From positions 480,001-544,000 of the forward strand of contig CAVYGN010000002.1 in the NCBI GenBank assembly GCA_963768055.1: 64,000 nucleotides of DNA, in the 5' to 3' direction. The position numbers were made by a program, and so were the translations under genes. The first letter of the stretch is position 1, and each line of letters opens with the position of its first letter. The notes under the pieces were generated by a model. That model did not search any database, had not been told where the DNA came from, and saw nothing but the letters and a program-made list of their open reading frames with translations. This document shows, piece after piece, positions 30,186-41,875 of the stretch. This DNA is from an uncultured Spirochaetota bacterium. Its GTDB lineage: Bacteria > Spirochaetota > Brevinematia > Brevinematales > JAOACQ01.

Positions 30186-32870
30186 ATGGATAAACCCAAA
30201 ATTCTGATAGTAGAAGATGAAATCATTATCGCGAAAGAACTTGAATCCAAACTCAGGAGTACGGGATACGCCATCGCCGGAGTAGTAACGTCCGGCGAAG
30301 AAGCAGTAGAAGAAGCCCTTAAAAAAAAGCCGGATATCATCCTGATGGACATATCCCTGCAGGGGCTTATGACAGGTATAGATGCGGCAGAGGTCATCAG
30401 GAAAACTCAAAACATACCCGTTATTTACCTTACAGCCACTTCCGATGAAGCCACGATTAAAAAAGCCGAAAAAGGAGCCCCCTACGGCTTCATTATTAAA
30501 CCATATACAGACAGAGAACTTCAGACAAATATTGAGATTGCGCTTTTAAGGCACAAGCTTGAGATGCAGTTTATCGATAGGGGAGACTGGCTCACTTCGA
30601 CTTTTGACAGTATGGGCGATGCCGTCATTGCCACGGACAGGAATAGCATCATACTCAAGATGAACCCGCTTTCAGAAAAATTAACCGGATGGGGCAAAGA
30701 CGAGGCGATCGGTAAAAAAATTTCAGAGGTTTTTCAGACAATCGATGAAAAAACAGGTGAAGACCTCACAAACAGCCTTTTAAAAAATATTGAGAGAAAA
30801 TTAAGCGACAGCCTGCTCAATACCCAGATCCTCATTTCCAGGACCGGCGAAAAAATATATATAGATAAAAACGCTGAACCTATCAAAGATGAAAACGGAA
30901 GGATACTGGGAGTCGTCCTGATATTCAGGGATGTAAGCGAAAAAAGGACGCTCCAGCAGAGAATACTGGATTCCGAAAAAAAATTCCGTCATATATTCAA
31001 CCAGGCCAACGACGGTATTTTTCTCTTTGAAAAAGATATATTAAGGGACTGCAACGATAAAGCCAGGAAGCTTTTCGGCTTCAAAAAAGAGGATATAATA
31101 AACTTCCCGGTCGAGAAGCTTTACCCTTATATCCGCATGGAGCCGCCGGAATTGCCCGCCAGAGAAGCATTCGTTAAAATGCTAAGGAATAATATCCACA
31201 AAGGCGAATTCATGATGAGAAAGGCCGACGGATCTCTTATCGAGGCTGAAATCAACCTTTCCAGTGTAGAAATCGACAATAAATCGATGGAACTTGTCTT
31301 CGTACACGATATAACCGAAAGGAACAAACTGGAGGAAGCGCTTCAGAAAAGTGAAAAACAATACAGACAGCTTGTAGAGCTTGCTGAAGAGGGCATCTGG
31401 TCCATCGATAATAAATTCGAGACGACATTCGCAAATCCAAGGATGGCCGCGATGGCAGGTTATACAGTTTCCGAAATGAAGGGAAAATCATTCTATTCCT
31501 TTTTTAGTCCTGATGAGATCAAAAATTTCCCCAAGAACGGCGGAAGAAAAAAACCAAAAAACAGCAATAGTATAGAAGCCCGATTGATAAAAAAAGACAG
31601 ATCGTCTATTTTTGTACGCATGGCAGGTTCCCCCGTAACGAGAGAGGAAAGAATAACTTCAGGTTATATTTTTGTCGTAACCGACATTACCGACATAAAA
31701 AAAGAGCAGGACGAGATAAGGAAACTATCATATGCGGTAGAACAAAGCCCTACCAGTATAGTCATTACCGACGTTGACGGGAATATAGAATATTTCAACC
31801 CCAGGTTTATGGAACTTACCGGATATTCGAGAGAGGAGCTCTACGGCAGGAACCCCCGGATTTTGAAATCGGGAGATATGCCCCGTGAGGATTACATTAA
31901 ATTATGGAATACCATCAGGGAGGGAGGAACCTGGCGAGGTTTGTTTCACAATAAGAAAAAAAACGGAGAATTGTACTGGGAATCCGCGTCCATATCGCCG
32001 CTTAAAAACAGCAAGGGGGTGATAACCCATTATATCGGTTTGAAAGAGGACATCACATATAAAAAGCTGGCCGAAGAAACACTGCAGAAAACGCTGACCG
32101 AATTCGCAGAACTTAACAAGAATCTTGACAATAAGATAAGAGAAGAGGTGGAAAAAAACAGGGAAATGGATCAAATGCTTATCCAGCAGTCAAGGCTTGC
32201 CGCAATGGGGGAAATGATCGGAAATATAGCCCATCAATGGAGACAGCCTATTAACGCCCTTGGTATAATAATACAAAATATAGAACAAACCTTCGATTAC
32301 AAAAAGCTTACAAAAAAATACCTTGAAGATACCGTTTTCAAGGCTATGTCAATAATTACATACATGTCCAGAACCATTGACGATTTCAGAAATTTCTTTA
32401 GACCCGACAAGGAAATGGAAGATTTCAGCATCAGCAACGCTATAAGAAAAACAATTTCTTTTATTGAATCAAGTTTTAAGGAACATAACATTGTGATAAG
32501 CTTTACACCCGAAAAGGATATCATCAGGAAGGGGTTTCCGAATGAATACTGCCAGGCTGTTATGAATCTGCTCAGTAATGTTAAAGATGCTGTTCTTGAA
32601 AGAAATATCATGCAGTCTTCTGTAGTGATTACACTGCAGGAAAAATACGGCAGGTCAGTCCTTACCATCCAGGATGACGCGGGCGGTATTGCGGACAATA
32701 TCCTTGATAGAATATTCGACCCTTATTTCACCACTAAAGAATTCGGCACCGGCATAGGGCTTTATATGTCGAAGGTGATCATAGAAAAAAATATGGGCGG
32801 AAAACTTACAGCCAGGAATACCGGGAAAGCTCCCGGAAAAATCGGCGCTGTTTTTCAGATAGAGTTATAA
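30186..32870 (+). CDS. Cytoplasmic hybrid histidine kinase (REC, about four PAS, HisKA, HATPase)
   Basis: ILIVEDE..ILMDI..KP receiver; repeated PAS/PAC (DITER, DITD, DITY); H-box AHQWRQP; DDAGGI, FDPYFTTK, GTGIGL. Confidence 0.92.
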   Translation: MDKPKILIVEDEIIIAKELESKLRSTGYAIAGVVTSGEEAVEEALKKKPDIILMDISLQGLMTGIDAAEVIRKTQNIPVIYLTATSDEATIKKAEKGAPYGFIIKPYTDRELQTNIEIALLRHKLEMQFIDRGDWLTSTFDSMGDAVIATDRNSIILKMNPLSEKLTGWGKDEAIGKKISEVFQTIDEKTGEDLTNSLLKNIERKLSDSLLNTQILISRTGEKIYIDKNAEPIKDENGRILGVVLIFRDVSEKRTLQQRILDSEKKFRHIFNQANDGIFLFEKDILRDCNDKARKLFGFKKEDIINFPVEKLYPYIRMEPPELPAREAFVKMLRNNIHKGEFMMRKADGSLIEAEINLSSVEIDNKSMELVFVHDITERNKLEEALQKSEKQYRQLVELAEEGIWSIDNKFETTFANPRMAAMAGYTVSEMKGKSFYSFFSPDEIKNFPKNGGRKKPKNSNSIEARLIKKDRSSIFVRMAGSPVTREERITSGYIFVVTDITDIKKEQDEIRKLSYAVEQSPTSIVITDVDGNIEYFNPRFMELTGYSREELYGRNPRILKSGDMPREDYIKLWNTIREGGTWRGLFHNKKKNGELYWESASISPLKNSKGVITHYIGLKEDITYKKLAEETLQKTLTEFAELNKNLDNKIREEVEKNREMDQMLIQQSRLAAMGEMIGNIAHQWRQPINALGIIIQNIEQTFDYKKLTKKYLEDTVFKAMSIITYMSRTIDDFRNFFRPDKEMEDFSISNAIRKTISFIESSFKEHNIVISFTPEKDIIRKGFPNEYCQAVMNLLSNVKDAVLERNIMQSSVVITLQEKYGRSVLTIQDDAGGIADNILDRIFDPYFTTKEFGTGIGLYMSKVIIEKNMGGKLTARNTGKAPGKIGAVFQIEL

Positions 32871-32949
32871 TTTTACCTTTATTTTTAATGAAAATGAGTG
32901 TAATATATAATAAGTTCATTTATTTAAAATCCATAGAGGAGGATTATCA

Positions 32950-33759
32950 ATGTATAGATTATTATCTCTCTGCCTTATCGGCTTTTTATTTGCAATGCCC
33001 GGGAGTATTTTCCCGGATACCAATAAGACTTATTCCGTAAGCGTGACCGTAGGCATTGTTAAATATTCACAAAACAACGGTTCGAACTGGATGAAAGTAT
33101 TTCCCGAACTGGAACTTATTGAAAAATCCCTGGTTAAGACCGGGATCAATTCATATTGCGATATATTTATGCCGGAACGTGGAGTATTTCGTGTTATGGA
33201 CAATACTACGATCCAGATAAAAGAACTGAAGAAACAGGTCGAGCAGATAAAGATCCGCCAGGGAAAAGCTATCTTTAACATTGCAAAAAAGCTGGGACCT
33301 GACGAAAGTTTTACTGTTGAAACATCTGTGGCCAATGCTGCCGTAAGAGGAACTAAGTTTGAAATCGATTCCGATGATAATAACCTTGCCGTGTCCGTGA
33401 CAACCGGAAATGTCAGAATCAAAAGAAATATCGCCATTCCCAAAGAATACCAGGATGATGAAGAGGTCCAGAATCTTCTTACTGTAGATGCGCAATCAAA
33501 CCAGACCATTACTTTAACCAAGGATGAAAACCTGGAGCTTGAACAGTCGATCGATAGGGTCAAGGGCAACAAGGCAGAGGTTTTGTCGGCGCTGAAAAAT
33601 TCTCACGATGCTACACTGAAAAAGTTAAAGATAATGAAGAAAAATGTCAATCGTGTATTGGATGAGCTTGAAAAATATGGAGATTCTTCTTCCGGCGATC
33701 AAAACCAGAGCGACGATACTGAAAATGCCATAGAAAAAATCAAAAATAAAGATAAATAA
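32950..33759 (+). CDS. Secreted FecR-domain protein (LipL45-like)
   Basis: Signal peptide; VKTG..S, FTVETSVANAAVRGTKF, VSVTTGNV. Confidence 0.75.
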   Translation: MYRLLSLCLIGFLFAMPGSIFPDTNKTYSVSVTVGIVKYSQNNGSNWMKVFPELELIEKSLVKTGINSYCDIFMPERGVFRVMDNTTIQIKELKKQVEQIKIRQGKAIFNIAKKLGPDESFTVETSVANAAVRGTKFEIDSDDNNLAVSVTTGNVRIKRNIAIPKEYQDDEEVQNLLTVDAQSNQTITLTKDENLELEQSIDRVKGNKAEVLSALKNSHDATLKKLKIMKKNVNRVLDELEKYGDSSSGDQNQSDDTENAIEKIKNKDK

Positions 33760-33785
33760 TCGTTAAGGCGCGAATAGCTCGAAAG

Positions 33786-33818
33786 AAACCCCGCCCTTTT
33801 AAAGGAGCGGGGTTTTTT
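33786..33818. terminator. Intrinsic terminator, possibly bidirectional, between convergent genes
   Basis: AAACCCCGC...GCGGGGTTT stem followed by a T-run. Confidence 0.8.
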
Positions 33819-33834
33819 ATTTCTTACGATCAAG

Positions 33835-35151
<1,317 letters not shown>

Positions 35152-35361
35152 TTATTATTTTAATCATATTTGTCACAGTATCGATATGACAATAACTATT
35201 TATGATAGGCCTTAAAAAAATAAAAGTCAAAAAGCAGGAGTAAAGTAAAATTGAAACCGGGGGGACGTGTCTTCGCGGACCGTCCCCCCAAAAATTTGTT
35301 TTTTTATTCCCTTCTGACTATTCTATAAATAATTGAGGTATAAATAATCGAGGTATCACCA

Positions 35362-38300
35362 ATGGACCCGCTATCCCTGTTCCATCCCTCCGTTAAAAAG
35401 TGGTTCGAAGAAAAGATCGGTTCCCCGACCGAGATCCAGCAAAAGGCATGGCCTTTGATAGCCGGAGGCAGCCATGTCCTGATGAGCGCGCCTACAGGCA
35501 CAGGCAAAACCCTTGCTGCTTTTCTCTGGGCGATCAATCAGCTTATTGCCGGAAAATGGGAAAAAGGAAAGACTTCCATCCTCTATATATCGCCCATGAA
35601 GGCGTTAAACAACGATATCAGGAAAAATCTTCTCATACCGGTCGAACAGATCGGGGCCGGGATAAATGTTTTTGTAAGAAGCGGAGACACTCCCTCAGGC
35701 GAAAGGCGCAGAATGCTCATAAGGCCGCCTGAAATTCTCATTACGACCCCTGAAAGCCTCAATATACTTTTAACATCAAAAAACAGTTTTTACCTTTTCG
35801 AGAATTTAAAGACGGTAATTCTCGATGAAATACATGCAATTGCCGGCAGCAAAAGGGGAACCCTATTAATAAGTTCGGTGGAACGCCTTACAAGGATTTC
35901 CGGAGAATTTCAAAGGATCGTGCTCTCGGCTACGATCCGGCCTATAGAAGTTATTGCCGGTTGGGCCGGCGGAAAAAGGGATATGCGGATCGTCGAAGCC
36001 TCAAAGTCAAAAAAATACGAGATAAATATAAAATTCCCGGCGGACGCCGGAAAGAAGATGATTGACAACTCCATATGGCCTCCCCTGATCGAAGAATTCA
36101 GGAAACTTATAAAAAGCCGCAATTCCACGCTCCTTTTCACTAACAGCAGGCGATTGACTGAAAAAACCTCACGGCTTATTAACGAGAATGAACCTGAAAT
36201 CATAGCCTATTCGCACCATGGTTCCATTTCTAAAGAATTAAGGCTCGAAGTGGAGGACAAACTTAAACAGGGGAAATTGAAGGCGATAGTCGCCACAAGC
36301 TCTCTTGAATTGGGGATCGATATCGGCGAACTTGACCAGGTCATACTTATCCAGACCCCCCGCTCCGTCTCTTCCGCCCTTCAAAGGATAGGCAGGGCGG
36401 GGCATAGAGTAGGCCTTGTAAGCAGGGGTTGCCTCTTTCCTACCCATGGCAGGGACTTTATCGATGCGGCGGTGCTCGCAAGGGCGGTGGAGGATTATGA
36501 GATAGAACCGGTAAAACCGGTTGAAAACCCCCTTGACCTTTTATCTCAGATTGTGTTATCGATGAGCGCAGTAGAGGATTGGAAAGTTGACGATTTATTC
36601 GGTTTTATAAAAACTATATATCCTTACAGGAACCTTTCTCATAAGCAGTTTATCCTTGTTTTAAACATGCTCTCGGGAAGGTACTCAGGCAGCCGGATAA
36701 AAGAGCTTAAACCTCGTATATCTATCGATAAATTAAACAATACTATTAAAGCTATGGACGGAGCCGCTTCCCTTGTCTATCTTTCAGGGGGTACGATACC
36801 GGACAGGGGTTATTATGACCTGCGAATGCAGGATACGCATTCGAAAATAGGCGAACTTGACGAGGAATTTGTCTGGGAAAGAAAAATAGGAGATACTTTC
36901 TCTCTGGGCCCTGCCGTCTGGAGGATACGTAATATTACAAATACCGATGTCCTTGTAAACCCTGTAGATAGCGCTCCAAACATTATTCCCTTCTGGAAAG
37001 CTGAAGATTCCGACCGCGGATTCTTTTTCTTTGAAAAAGTCGGCTTGTTCCTTGAAAAAGCCACGGAAATGCTTGGCGAAAATAATTCGTTCAGAAATTT
37101 ATTAATGTCGGAATACTCGATGGATGAAGCATCCTCGGAAGAACTTGCTCTCTTTCTGGAATCTCAGATAAAATTTACAAATTCCCCTCTCCCGGGCCGC
37201 CATCTTGTTCTGGCCGAACATGTTAAGAACCCGGTCCCCGGCGATAACAGCGAGATAGTCCTGCATACTCTCTGGGGAGGGAGGATAAACCGCCCCTTTT
37301 CATTTATTCTTTCCGCCGCCTGGCAGGATAAATTCGGTTATCCGATCGAAGTCATGGCTAACGATGACAGTATCCTTATAATGCTCCCTCATAGTTTTAA
37401 AATTGACGATGTATTGGAGCTTCTTTATTCAGCCGACCTTGAAAGTCTGCTTAAAAAGAGCCTGGAAAATACAGGATATTTCGGGGCCCATTTCCGTGAG
37501 AATGCCGGCAGGGCCTTGCTCCTGCCGAAAAGAGGCTTCAACAGCAGGGTCCCTTTGTGGCTGAACCGCCTGAGATCTAAAAAACTGCTTGAAGCGGTCC
37601 ATTCTTATCAGGACTTCCCTGTAACGATCGAAACCTGGAGGGAATGCCTGCTGGATGAATTCGATCTTGAAAATCTTAAAAAACTCATCGACGAGATCCA
37701 TACCGGCGATATAAAAATCAGCGAAATATACACTCCGTCCCCGTCCCCGTTTTGCGGAAATATCATCTGGCGTCAGAAGAATAAATATGTCTATGAAGAC
37801 GATACGCCATCACCTTCAGGTGTTTCCAGCCTTTCAGACGACCTCTTCCGTGAAATTCTCGGCGAAGCAGGCCTGCGGCCCCTTATACCCCGGGAGACGG
37901 TTTCCCTGATGAATCAAAAATTAAAAAGAACCTATCCCGGATATTCGCCGCAAAATTACGGGGACCTTCTCGAATGGGTTAAAGAAAGGCTGCTGATTAA
38001 TTGTAATGAATGGGATGAATTGGCGAATTCTATCGATCCCGGGATCAGGACTGTATTTCCTGACCGGTATGAAAGCCGGATTTTATCATTAAAGCCTCCG
38101 TTGTCTAAATACCGCCTTGTCTGCGCCGCTGAAAATCTTCCACTTATTTCTTCATTCTACAATCTTCAACCGGACGAACTCGATATATGTTTAATGCCTG
38201 AAGGCAGGCCGGATAGCGCTTTCATAAGAAATATCTTTAAAACGCTATCGGGAGAGGTTCCGGAATCTGTCCTGCAGGACCGGGGCAGGTTTTTCCTTCA

Positions 38301-39717
38301 ATGGATTTCATATTACCCGGCTGTCGATACCGCGCTTATACCCGGTATGTTAGGGCTTTCAAAAACAGATATCGCTGAAATCCTGGGCGATTTATCCGAA
38401 TCGGGAGAAATTATTATCGATGAATTGATCGAAGGGTCGCAAGAGATCTATGCGGCCGAGAGGACTAACCTCGAGACCCTTCTAAGGATCTTGAGAAAAG
38501 AAAGAAGGCCGGCTTTCAAGGCTCTTCCCCTGGAAACGCTGCAGCTTTTTCTTGCAAGCCACCAGGGTCTGACGAACAGGGACCAGTCGATCGAGGGTTT
38601 GAAAAAGGACCTTGAAAGATTGTTTGGTTATCCGCTGGACGCTCAGGCCTGGGAGGAATCGATATTCCCGGCAAGGCTCTCGCCGTATTATCCGGCATGG
38701 CTGGACAGCCTTCTTCAAAACACGGGATTATTATGGTTCGGCTGCGGTAAAAAGAAGCTGTCTTTCGCTTTCCCGGAAGATATCGGGATATTTACCGGCC
38801 CAGGGGAATCCGGCGAAGCGGAAGAGCTGCCTGACAGGGAAAGGCATTACGATTTTTTTGAGCTAACTTCGATCATGAATACGACTACAGCGAAAGCGGC
38901 CGGAAAGATATGGAGCATGGTATGGAAGGGGCTGATCTCCAACGAATCATTCGAGGCGGTCAGAAAGGGGATCCGGAACAAATTCACCGCTGAAGTTGTT
39001 CTGGAGCAGGGCAATAAAGGTCAAAGGTCCCTCCGGAGCAGATGGGAATCCGGCAGGCCTCTGGCCGGCAAGTGGTACGCCCTTCCAAAATCCACCGATG
39101 CCGACGACCTGATCACTGCCGCTGAAAATCAGAAAAACATGGCCAGGGTCCTATTCGACAGGTACGGCATCGTTTTCAGGGAAATATTAATGAATGAAAT
39201 GCCCTTACTCCGATGGGCAAGCCTCTTGAAGACATTCCGCCTTATGGAACTTTCGGGAGAGATCCTGTCGGGTTATTTTTTTAAAGGGATACCGGGAGCC
39301 CAATTCGCCTCGCATGAGGCTTACCGCGAGCTTCTCAGGAAACTTCCTTATGACCATGTTTACTGGCTTTCAGCTATCGATCCGGCATCCCTTTGCGGAA
39401 CCGGGCTTGAAGGGATAAGCGCTTATTATCCCGCCAGGATACATGCAAATTTTATGGTCTTTCACGGAGATAAGCTGGTAATGACAATCGGAAGGTCGGG
39501 AAAATACCTTGAATTCAAAGTCGGGCCCGGTCATCCAAATATAGAAAGATACCTTGAGGTTATTAAAGTGCTGCTGACCAGGGAATTCAAACCCTATTCT
39601 TCCGTAAGAGTGGAAAAAATAAACGGAATTGCTGCGGATGAAAGCCCTTACCGCGACCCACTTATCAAGTTCGGCTTCAAATCAAGCTATAAAGGCATTG
39701 AGATCTGGAGGTATTAG
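35362..39717 (+). CDS. lhr: Lhr-family SF2 helicase, full length
   Basis: APTGTGKT, ITTPESL, DEIH, HHGS, TSSLELGIDIG, QRIGRAGH, GTIPDRG, C-terminal RYGIVFRE and GAQFA. Confidence 0.92.
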   Translation: MDPLSLFHPSVKKWFEEKIGSPTEIQQKAWPLIAGGSHVLMSAPTGTGKTLAAFLWAINQLIAGKWEKGKTSILYISPMKALNNDIRKNLLIPVEQIGAGINVFVRSGDTPSGERRRMLIRPPEILITTPESLNILLTSKNSFYLFENLKTVILDEIHAIAGSKRGTLLISSVERLTRISGEFQRIVLSATIRPIEVIAGWAGGKRDMRIVEASKSKKYEINIKFPADAGKKMIDNSIWPPLIEEFRKLIKSRNSTLLFTNSRRLTEKTSRLINENEPEIIAYSHHGSISKELRLEVEDKLKQGKLKAIVATSSLELGIDIGELDQVILIQTPRSVSSALQRIGRAGHRVGLVSRGCLFPTHGRDFIDAAVLARAVEDYEIEPVKPVENPLDLLSQIVLSMSAVEDWKVDDLFGFIKTIYPYRNLSHKQFILVLNMLSGRYSGSRIKELKPRISIDKLNNTIKAMDGAASLVYLSGGTIPDRGYYDLRMQDTHSKIGELDEEFVWERKIGDTFSLGPAVWRIRNITNTDVLVNPVDSAPNIIPFWKAEDSDRGFFFFEKVGLFLEKATEMLGENNSFRNLLMSEYSMDEASSEELALFLESQIKFTNSPLPGRHLVLAEHVKNPVPGDNSEIVLHTLWGGRINRPFSFILSAAWQDKFGYPIEVMANDDSILIMLPHSFKIDDVLELLYSADLESLLKKSLENTGYFGAHFRENAGRALLLPKRGFNSRVPLWLNRLRSKKLLEAVHSYQDFPVTIETWRECLLDEFDLENLKKLIDEIHTGDIKISEIYTPSPSPFCGNIIWRQKNKYVYEDDTPSPSGVSSLSDDLFREILGEAGLRPLIPRETVSLMNQKLKRTYPGYSPQNYGDLLEWVKERLLINCNEWDELANSIDPGIRTVFPDRYESRILSLKPPLSKYRLVCAAENLPLISSFYNLQPDELDICLMPEGRPDSAFIRNIFKTLSGEVPESVLQDRGRFFLQWISYYPAVDTALIPGMLGLSKTDIAEILGDLSESGEIIIDELIEGSQEIYAAERTNLETLLRILRKERRPAFKALPLETLQLFLASHQGLTNRDQSIEGLKKDLERLFGYPLDAQAWEESIFPARLSPYYPAWLDSLLQNTGLLWFGCGKKKLSFAFPEDIGIFTGPGESGEAEELPDRERHYDFFELTSIMNTTTAKAAGKIWSMVWKGLISNESFEAVRKGIRNKFTAEVVLEQGNKGQRSLRSRWESGRPLAGKWYALPKSTDADDLITAAENQKNMARVLFDRYGIVFREILMNEMPLLRWASLLKTFRLMELSGEILSGYFFKGIPGAQFASHEAYRELLRKLPYDHVYWLSAIDPASLCGTGLEGISAYYPARIHANFMVFHGDKLVMTIGRSGKYLEFKVGPGHPNIERYLEVIKVLLTREFKPYSSVRVEKINGIAADESPYRDPLIKFGFKSSYKGIEIWRY

Positions 39718-40229
39718 CCCCCCATCGGGGCTTTCTTCCTGCTGTCGATATAAACAAGCAGGACTATGATAATAAACCCGGCGGTCACATACATATCGGC
39801 AAAATTCAAAATCCCGGTCCTGAAAACCGGACCGATCCCCATGTTCAGGAAATCGATAACCCGGCGGTTGTTAAAGAATCTGTCGATAACTACATTATTC
39901 ATCCCCCCCGTTAAGATCAGGGAGAACGCGGTTGCCTGGCCGGCGGTAATCTTTTTCGATAAGATTATATAAATAAAAAGTATTATAAGAAAAGCTGCAG
40001 GCAACAATCCCAGGAGGATAAACCCGGCAACCGGAGGGAGGTTCTCTCCCATGGAGAGGAAGGCGCCCGAATTTTCAGAGTACTGTATCCTCAAAGTGTC
40101 GAACAGGTATGAATAAGTTTGTCCTCCCGAAAGCTTTTCTTTTGCGATGGCCTTTGTAACGCGGTCCAGCGCGGTACCAGCCGCGAGAATGCTGAACAGG
40201 ATTATCAGTCTTGGGATTAATTTCATCAC
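39714..40229 (-). CDS. lspA: Lipoprotein signal peptidase II
   Basis: DRVTK, ENSGAFLS, N..IDR, VIDF, NFADM. Confidence 0.9.
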   Translation of the reverse strand: MMKLIPRLIILFSILAAGTALDRVTKAIAKEKLSGGQTYSYLFDTLRIQYSENSGAFLSMGENLPPVAGFILLGLLPAAFLIILFIYIILSKKITAGQATAFSLILTGGMNNVVIDRFFNNRRVIDFLNMGIGPVFRTGILNFADMYVTAGFIIIVLLVYIDSRKKAPMGG

Positions 40230-40258
40230 CCGGCTCCGCTTTATTTATTCAAGGAGTT

Positions 40259-40287
40259 ATTGTATTGTTTTACCCGTAATTTGTCAA
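40259..40287 (-). promoter_or_regulatory. sigma70 promoter of lspA
   Basis: TTGACA-N17-TACAAT on the minus strand. Confidence 0.7.
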
Positions 40288-40325
40288 TGCGGCAGCAGGA
40301 ACATTTGCGGTGATCCCCGTTGTTT

Positions 40326-41723
40326 TTACTTATGGGAAGACTTTGATAGATACTCCGTCGGGGTCATACCCGTGATCTTTTTGAACGCCGTGTAAAAAGT
40401 GGATTTGGAATTGAAACCCGAATCGTATGCGATCTGGAGAATATTGCCGTTATGTGAATTTGAATTCATCAGCCTTTTTGCTTCCTTGATACGGTAGGTG
40501 CTGAGAAAATCATAAAATTTTTGTTTTATATATTCATTCAGGATAATGGAAAGGCGCGTCCGGGGGATAGATAGCATTTCGGAGAGGCCCGGGAGGGTCA
40601 GATCGGGTCTTAAATAGGGCTTCTCGGTTTCCATTATTTTTTCTATCTCAAGGATATCGCTTGCAATTAATTCCGGATCTATCTGATTTTTATCTTTAAC
40701 CTGAAGGTTTGTTATCACTATAGTTTTTCCTGTGACATGATCCTTATAATCGCGTAAATAAAACACCTGGGTTTTGAGTAAATGCGGGCCGTCGGGTGAT
40801 TCGATCCTGATATCCGTTTGAAACCGGTCGGACGACCCGGCTGATTTCAGGATTTCAGGAAAAACAGACGCGATTTGCCCAAATGGTTTCCCGATACTTT
40901 TTTTATTCAATCCCTTTAATATTTTTTGAGTTCCGGGGGTAAAATCGACAATATCGTCATTGTTATCGAGGATTATCATATCGTTGGTAACGGTTTCCAG
41001 AATAGTTTTCCATTTTAACGGTTGACTTTCGAACAATCGGTACCTGACCAGTCCTAAAGCGAAAAGGGGCCCGACTATGGCCAGGACAATCGGATTATAA
41101 TCCAGCCCCTTTAATATAAAGATATAGCTGACTTGAGAAAAAACATACCCAACCCAGGGTATGAGGGAAGCGACCATCATAATACCGGCCTGCTTTCTGA
41201 AAATTTCGGCCGATTGGAAATAAACGGTTATAATAAGGATGTTTCCTGCTAATACACAAAGGCTTAGGTAAATGACAAAAAGCCAGTAAAACATGCCTTT
41301 AGTAAATGTAACTACCGGATAAGGATTGGCGGGATCGATGAAGGTGGTTTTATAGGTAAGGTGAAAATATTCGTCGGTAAGCTTCAGAAATATTCCGATT
41401 AAAGGAATTATTATAAGGGAAATAACAGTCCATTTATTAAGATAGCGGCTTTTACCGCTGTATATTAAAGCAAGGATTATAAAGCAGGGGCCGAAAAACC
41501 ATGCCCCTATACAGTAGAAATCCACCCAGAATATTTTGCCCGCTAAAGAAGGGGTGATCATTTGGAACGCATGACCGGAAGAGTAAACCGCCAGGCTGAA
41601 CATCAGAAATGAAAAAGCCTTCCTGCCTATTAAGAATCCGCTTAAAGCGCCGTATAACCCCAGTGATAATAACATCATAGTGGAAAGAATCAATAATATG
41701 AAAATGTAGATCCAGGGTATCAT
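40326..41723 (-). CDS. Membrane one-component regulator: HisKA_7TM-like sensor, PAS-like domain, AraC HTH
   Basis: Seven hydrophobic segments ending RYRLF; MIILDNNDDIVDF; C-terminal PYLRPDLTL..LS, RIKEAK, IAYDSGFNSKSTFYTAFKKITGMTPTEY. Confidence 0.85.
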   Translation of the reverse strand: MIPWIYIFILLILSTMMLLSLGLYGALSGFLIGRKAFSFLMFSLAVYSSGHAFQMITPSLAGKIFWVDFYCIGAWFFGPCFIILALIYSGKSRYLNKWTVISLIIIPLIGIFLKLTDEYFHLTYKTTFIDPANPYPVVTFTKGMFYWLFVIYLSLCVLAGNILIITVYFQSAEIFRKQAGIMMVASLIPWVGYVFSQVSYIFILKGLDYNPIVLAIVGPLFALGLVRYRLFESQPLKWKTILETVTNDMIILDNNDDIVDFTPGTQKILKGLNKKSIGKPFGQIASVFPEILKSAGSSDRFQTDIRIESPDGPHLLKTQVFYLRDYKDHVTGKTIVITNLQVKDKNQIDPELIASDILEIEKIMETEKPYLRPDLTLPGLSEMLSIPRTRLSIILNEYIKQKFYDFLSTYRIKEAKRLMNSNSHNGNILQIAYDSGFNSKSTFYTAFKKITGMTPTEYLSKSSHK

Positions 41724-41875
41724 CTGACCCTCTGAAAAATAAAATTTCTATGATTTAAAAAATTATAGCGTTAAGAAAAAAATAATACAAGCAATAGTCC
41801 GAATGAATACAGCCGGACGACAAACCCGTATTTATCGCTTAAAATAACATGAAATCATAGAGGATAATAAGATTT

